IMG/VR virus record: IMGVR_UViG_3300025582_000056 | Coordinates: 1-53,366 of that record | From: a virus | Taxonomy: Duplodnaviria; Caudoviricetes | Length of the DNA: 53,366 bases | Reading direction: 5' to 3' (one strand) | Made by a program: the position numbers and the translations under genes | Notes under the pieces: model-generated | Told to the model about the DNA's origin: nothing | Seen by the model: only the letters and a program-made list of their open reading frames with translations | Database searches by the model: none | Part shown: piece after piece, positions 49,723-53,366 of the stretch | How the letters are laid out: each line of letters opens with the position of its first letter | Numbering within the stretch: the first letter of the stretch is position 1

Positions 49723-50484
49723 ATGTATGCATTTATAGGTTTTCTTTCTATCATCGGTTTTTTGGTATGTGTCATATTATTAATCATGGCGAAGGTTAAA
49801 AAGAACGGTAAAGTAAAGAAGTGGGCAATAGGTGCTGGCACTTGTTTTGTAGTCTTTGTCATTGCCCTTATTCTTACGCCCGGATTAACTCCCGAACAAA
49901 TTGCTCAAGCAAAAAATGCTGATGAATTAAAAGTTAAACAGGTCGCCGCCGATAAGGTTATTACCGATGCTAAGGCCAAAGTTGATGCCGAAGCAAAGGA
50001 TAAGCAAGTAGCAGCGGATAAAGTTGTCGCAGATGCTAAGGCTAAAGTGGACGCCGAATTAAAAGCAAAACAAGATGCGGCAGATAAGGTTATTGCCGAT
50101 GCTAAAGCAGTTGAAGATAAAAAGATTGCTGACGCCAAGGCCGCAGCCGCAGTAGAGGCCGCAAAGCCAAAGCATATTGCATATAAGGAACTAGCCCGTA
50201 ACCCGGATACATATAATGGTACCAATGTAATCTTTACGGGTCAAGTTATTCAGGTTCAAGAGAGTGGCGATCTAGTTAATCTTCGAGTAAATGTTACTAA
50301 AAATACCTATGGGTACGAAGATACCGTGCTTATCCAGTATGATAAGAGCATAATCAGTGGCAGGGTGCTGGATGATGATGTTATAACTTTCTCTGGAATG
50401 TCTATGGGGTTATTAACCTATAAGACGGTCATGGGCGCAGAAATGACAATTCCTCAAGTGTTAGTAACTGCCATATCTCGTTAA
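49723..50484 (+). CDS. Membrane protein with Ala/Lys-rich coiled coil and TcdC-like OB-fold C-terminus (phage moron)
   Basis: Two TM segments, AADKV.ADAKA repeats, YKELARNPD.Y.G..V.FTGQVIQVQE. Confidence 0.7.
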   Translation: MYAFIGFLSIIGFLVCVILLIMAKVKKNGKVKKWAIGAGTCFVVFVIALILTPGLTPEQIAQAKNADELKVKQVAADKVITDAKAKVDAEAKDKQVAADKVVADAKAKVDAELKAKQDAADKVIADAKAVEDKKIADAKAAAAVEAAKPKHIAYKELARNPDTYNGTNVIFTGQVIQVQESGDLVNLRVNVTKNTYGYEDTVLIQYDKSIISGRVLDDDVITFSGMSMGLLTYKTVMGAEMTIPQVLVTAISR

Positions 50485-50504
50485 TAACGATAGAAGCATA
50501 ACGT

Positions 50505-50534
50505 AAAAAGCCCCCGGCACAACCGAGGGCTTTT
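50505..50534. terminator. Bidirectional terminator
   Basis: AAAAAGCCCCCGG...CCGAGGGCTTTT between convergent genes. Confidence 0.75.
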
Positions 50535-50536
50535 AT

Positions 50537-50995
50537 TTATTGGTTTAAACTATCCAGCAAGGCCGTGATCGCCTTATCGACGGTCCTTGCCATCGGAATA
50601 CCAGTCTCAGCGGAATGTTTTCTCAGTCTAGCCATAATCTCGATATCCAGCGTAAGGCCAACCCGTTCACGCGTTGTCAGATCAGAGGTGGCTTCCTCCT
50701 GCACTCCAAACTCAGCTTCATACTCATCGACCGCGAGACGTTCTTCTGCCCACTCCTGGGCCTCTGTGGCTGTCATGGGTATTAGTTCCTTGCTTCCGCT
50801 GGTGGAGTTGCCATGACTCACGGAGTACTTGCTCAACGGACCTCCCTCGCCGACTAGGAAATATGCTCCCTTGGTGTTTTTGTAAAGGTCCTCTTCGCAG
50901 GATCTAAGGTCGTTGCCGTATACTCCATTGTCCCAGTTGCCGATTTTCTTGGATGTCTCCGTGTTGTAGGTGCGACCGTTGATTACTTTTCTCAT
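50537..50995 (-). CDS. Phage hypothetical protein with C-terminal RHH-like segment
   Basis: MRKVINGRTYNTETS...LYKNTKGAYFLVGEGG; RBS before ATG 50995. Confidence 0.7.
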   Translation of the reverse strand: MRKVINGRTYNTETSKKIGNWDNGVYGNDLRSCEEDLYKNTKGAYFLVGEGGPLSKYSVSHGNSTSGSKELIPMTATEAQEWAEERLAVDEYEAEFGVQEEATSDLTTRERVGLTLDIEIMARLRKHSAETGIPMARTVDKAITALLDSLNQ

Positions 50996-51050
50996 TTTTA
51001 AAACTTCCTTTCGTTGCCGGGTATTTTGGCTCCCGGCTGGCCTTTTAGAG

Positions 51051-51194
51051 TTATTCTTCGTGGTATCCTTTTGTTTCGCCTGTAAGTTTAAATAGCTCAT
51101 TACGATACCATTCAATATCCCTACCACCGATAGGAACCATTCCGTTGTTATGTGTCCAGATTGCGTTCTTTAATTGCTCGACTGTTAATTGCAT
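51051..51194 (-). CDS. 47-aa phage protein (absent from the ORF track)
   Basis: GAGGAGG RBS; MQLTVEQLKNAIWTHNNGMVPIGGRDIEWYRNELFKLTGETKGYHEE. Confidence 0.65.
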   Translation of the reverse strand: MQLTVEQLKNAIWTHNNGMVPIGGRDIEWYRNELFKLTGETKGYHEE

Positions 51195-51243
51195 GTTGGT
51201 TTCCTCCTCTGTCGGGTATTTTGGCTCCCGGCTGACCTTGGGT

Positions 51244-51513
51244 TTATGCTTTAATTTCTGTATACTCTAACATTTTGGAGAGATTAAGAGGACCATATTT
51301 CTTAGCAGTTTGTTCCTTGTAAATATCTCCGTAGTTGTCATAAAGCGTTTCCCCTAAATCTTGGCTATTCATGGTTGCTTTATAAGTTCTGCCGTTTTGG
51401 GCAATGTAGGTAATGTTACCAAGGCTGCCACCTGTAAAAGTTTCTTCCCGATCATACCGAATGGTCTTCGCGTCAACCACCTTCTTAAGATAAGCTAAAA
51501 CGTTCTTTGTCAT
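51244..51513 (-). CDS. Phage hypothetical protein
   Basis: GGGGAGG RBS; upstream TTGACA...TATAAT promoter on the minus strand. Confidence 0.65.
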   Translation of the reverse strand: MTKNVLAYLKKVVDAKTIRYDREETFTGGSLGNITYIAQNGRTYKATMNSQDLGETLYDNYGDIYKEQTAKKYGPLNLSKMLEYTEIKA

Positions 51514-51619
51514 GGTTTTCCTCCCCCTCAACTTCTTATTACCTTATTATACATCAGTTGATACATAATGTCAAACAATATCAAGGGTTTATCAAAAGAA
51601 TATTACGACATATAACGAC

Positions 51620-51657
51620 AAAAAAAGGCTCCCTACTAAAATAGTAGAGAGCCTTTT
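51620..51657 (-). terminator. Terminator after the lysis genes
   Basis: AAAAAAAGGCTCCCTACTA...TAGTAGAGAGCCTTTT. Confidence 0.7.
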
Positions 51658-51673
51658 CGATGCGCTTATTTGA

Positions 51674-51871
51674 TTAAAACTTTACAGGGTCCTTCGGGTT
51701 ATTTAACAAACCTACCAAAACTCCTATCTGAAGAACTCCTGCAACTACATCACCAATCATACCAGCATCAATACCATACTTAGCCCATACGCCAGTAAAT
51801 TGACCAATTGATATTATTTGTGCGACAACTGCACTCCAAAAGACCGGAGATTTAAACCTGTTTTGTTCCAT
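51674..51871 (-). CDS. Holin-like protein
   Basis: QNRFKSPVFWSAVVAQI...VGLLNNP. Confidence 0.75.
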   Translation of the reverse strand: MEQNRFKSPVFWSAVVAQIISIGQFTGVWAKYGIDAGMIGDVVAGVLQIGVLVGLLNNPKDPVKF

Positions 51872-51930
51872 TGTTAATTCCTTCTTTCTTATTTGTAAAC
51901 CCGTCCGGGAAGGTTTAAGTTTACAATACG

Positions 51931-52617
51931 TTATGGCAATATAATAGGCTCGCACGCATAGCCCATTGCCCTAATTTGTAATCGTACTGCTACTGCCTTT
52001 GAGTCTAGAACGCGGACCATGAGGTATCCGTCGTGATCAACCACAGGCTCTACAATGGGCACAGGATTAACCACAGGAGGCGCAACGGACAAGGCGCGGT
52101 AATCATACCCATAATAATTGCATATTCCCTTATAGAGTGCATTAGCAATCATTTCATGGTTATACGCTATCCATGTTGCATCCTCAAGATCGTCGTGGAA
52201 CCCCAGTTCTATCAGTGCGGCTGTAGCGCTTACCCTGTCTCCGACTTCCATTAATCCTGGATTATACTTTACTCCCCGATCAATGCCAGGACTAAGCGGA
52301 GCAATCTGATTGTAAAGAGCCCTGGCTAATCGTTCTGAATTTGTTCCGGGCCCATAAGCATAGACTTCTGTTCCCTCTCCCCCGCCGGCGTTGCTGTGGA
52401 GAGCAACGTGGATATCTGCGCCCCATGTGTTAGAGTCCGTGGCAATCTGGTAAATGTCCATAATGGGGGAGTTGCGTCTCCATACGAACCTTCCGTCTTT
52501 TGCGATAAGATGGATTAGGATATCAGCTATACCATTCATTTCGAATTCTTCGGTCCCGAAGGGACCTACTCCGGCGTTGTGCTCCTGAGTGCTGGGGCTA
52601 ATGTATATGTTTGGCAT
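51931..52617 (-). CDS. N-acetylmuramoyl-L-alanine amidase (Amidase_3 endolysin)
   Basis: IYISPSTQEHN, ADIHVALHSNA, GTEVY, ALIELGFHD. Confidence 0.9.
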   Translation of the reverse strand: MPNIYISPSTQEHNAGVGPFGTEEFEMNGIADILIHLIAKDGRFVWRRNSPIMDIYQIATDSNTWGADIHVALHSNAGGGEGTEVYAYGPGTNSERLARALYNQIAPLSPGIDRGVKYNPGLMEVGDRVSATAALIELGFHDDLEDATWIAYNHEMIANALYKGICNYYGYDYRALSVAPPVVNPVPIVEPVVDHDGYLMVRVLDSKAVAVRLQIRAMGYACEPIILP

Positions 52618-52628
52618 GATAAATCCTC

Positions 52629-52859
52629 CTACTTTGTAATAATAAACACGGCCATGCCTGAGGAAGCTGTCATTAATCCAGCTATAAGCATTGCTACGGA
52701 CCATGTTGGCCTACCTGAACGGACGGCGTTAAGGGCTTCATCTAGTTTTGTCTCGATTCGATCAAATTTTGCCTGTACATCTTTTTCCAAGGCTTCCAAC
52801 CTCCCCCGTAGAGAAGTGACTTGTTCAACCAGGACTGCTACTGCTGTATCTTGTTCCAT
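52629..52859 (-). CDS. Small coiled-coil + C-terminal TM phage protein (XhlA/holin-accessory-like)
   Basis: Coiled coil followed by hydrophobic tail, directly upstream of the amidase. Confidence 0.6.
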   Translation of the reverse strand: MEQDTAVAVLVEQVTSLRGRLEALEKDVQAKFDRIETKLDEALNAVRSGRPTWSVAMLIAGLMTASSGMAVFIITK

Positions 52860-53083
52860 AGTTCACCTGCTTTCTGGCTTTCGCCCCTTTCGTTGTTACC
52901 CATAAAAAATAAAATAAGGCATAAAGAAACGCCCCATATTTCAGAGGCGGTTGTTGCACATCATGCGTCTGTAGTTCATTAGAAGGGCATAAAAAATAGG
53001 CTTCTCAGCCCTTCGTTATGCCCTATTGAGATTAAACTATGGGTACAATTAGGTTTTGAAACCCATCCGCTGTCTACTGTTCA

Positions 53084-53221
53084 CTAAGCAACGATTAAAT
53101 CTTGTTTGCCATCAGCAACTAAGATTAAATCAATGTCTGACTTAAACTGTGGGTATTTCGCGGTCACCGCTACATAATCTAATTTACCCGCTTCGATTCT
53201 CATTGCTAAATATGCTGCCAT
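53084..53221 (-). CDS. 45-aa phage tail-region protein
   Basis: GGAGG RBS; MAAYLAMRIEAGKLDY..V..KYPQFKSDID.IL..DG..DLI. Confidence 0.65.
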   Translation of the reverse strand: MAAYLAMRIEAGKLDYVAVTAKYPQFKSDIDLILVADGKQDLIVA

Positions 53222-53222
53222 T

Positions 53223-53366
53223 TTAAATTCCTCCCATAATTAAAAAGTCAACCGCTTCTTGGGTTGCTTGGAGTTGTTCTTGGATTAGCTCAATATCCGT
53301 TTTTGGAATATCCTCCAAAATAACTACATTAGGTGTAACCGATACATCTACTCCGATTCCATTAGT
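53223..53366 (-). CDS. C-terminal part of a phage tail-associated protein
   Basis: Open frame from the window edge ending ...QATQEAVDFLIMGGI. Confidence 0.5.
   Translation of the reverse strand, partial: TNGIGVDVSVTPNVVILEDIPKTDIELIQEQLQATQEAVDFLIMGGI

Larger units (their letters stand above)
49466..53366. mobile_element. Prophage end (lysis module and morons), continuing beyond the window
   Basis: Amidase, holin-like genes and small phage genes ending at the tRNA fragment. Confidence 0.85.

Noticed and set aside
49930-50160. Tandem DNA repeats
   Set aside because: Coding Ala/Lys/Asp coiled-coil repeats within a membrane protein
427-52905. Many short ORFs overlapping or antisense to long genes (e.g. 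17785-18378, 27802-28332, 37539-37973, 46231-46545, 49111-49362)
   Set aside because: Shadow frames with no RBS or recognisable motifs

Overview
Mosaic accessory region of what looks like a Clostridia-type Firmicute (strong Shine-Dalgarno sites, Spo0E-like domain, Gram-positive phage lysis genes). Left to right: an IS1634-like transposase end; a defence block (RloC-like ABC ATPase plus type III R-M); about 16 kb of DNA resembling Candidate Phyla Radiation/Saccharibacteria (about 8.9-21.3 kb and 22.55-26.1 kb); a kinase-STAND-TPR gene pair; a serine-recombinase integrative element (OmpA-lipoprotein operon, MT-A70 methylase, VirD4-like ATPase, replication-relaxation protein, amidoligase/GGCT); a degenerate IS3; a tRNA-Pro(GGG) 3' fragment (att site); and the lysis end of a prophage. 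The CPR-like DNA encodes prepilin-headed adhesins, a TrbL/VirB6-like protein and a complete diversity-generating retroelement (DGR). TR 22828-22954 and VR 24723-24849 differ at 16 of 127 positions, all TR adenines. The DGR has an unusual layout: the RT is inverted and divergent from a self-contained TR RNA unit, avd carries an in-frame G12 tract, and a MITE-like insert sits upstream of avd. Two more VR-like cassettes without a matching TR lie at about 9.8 and 10.6 kb. Family and taxonomic assignments come from motif recognition, not database searches, and a chimeric assembly cannot be excluded.
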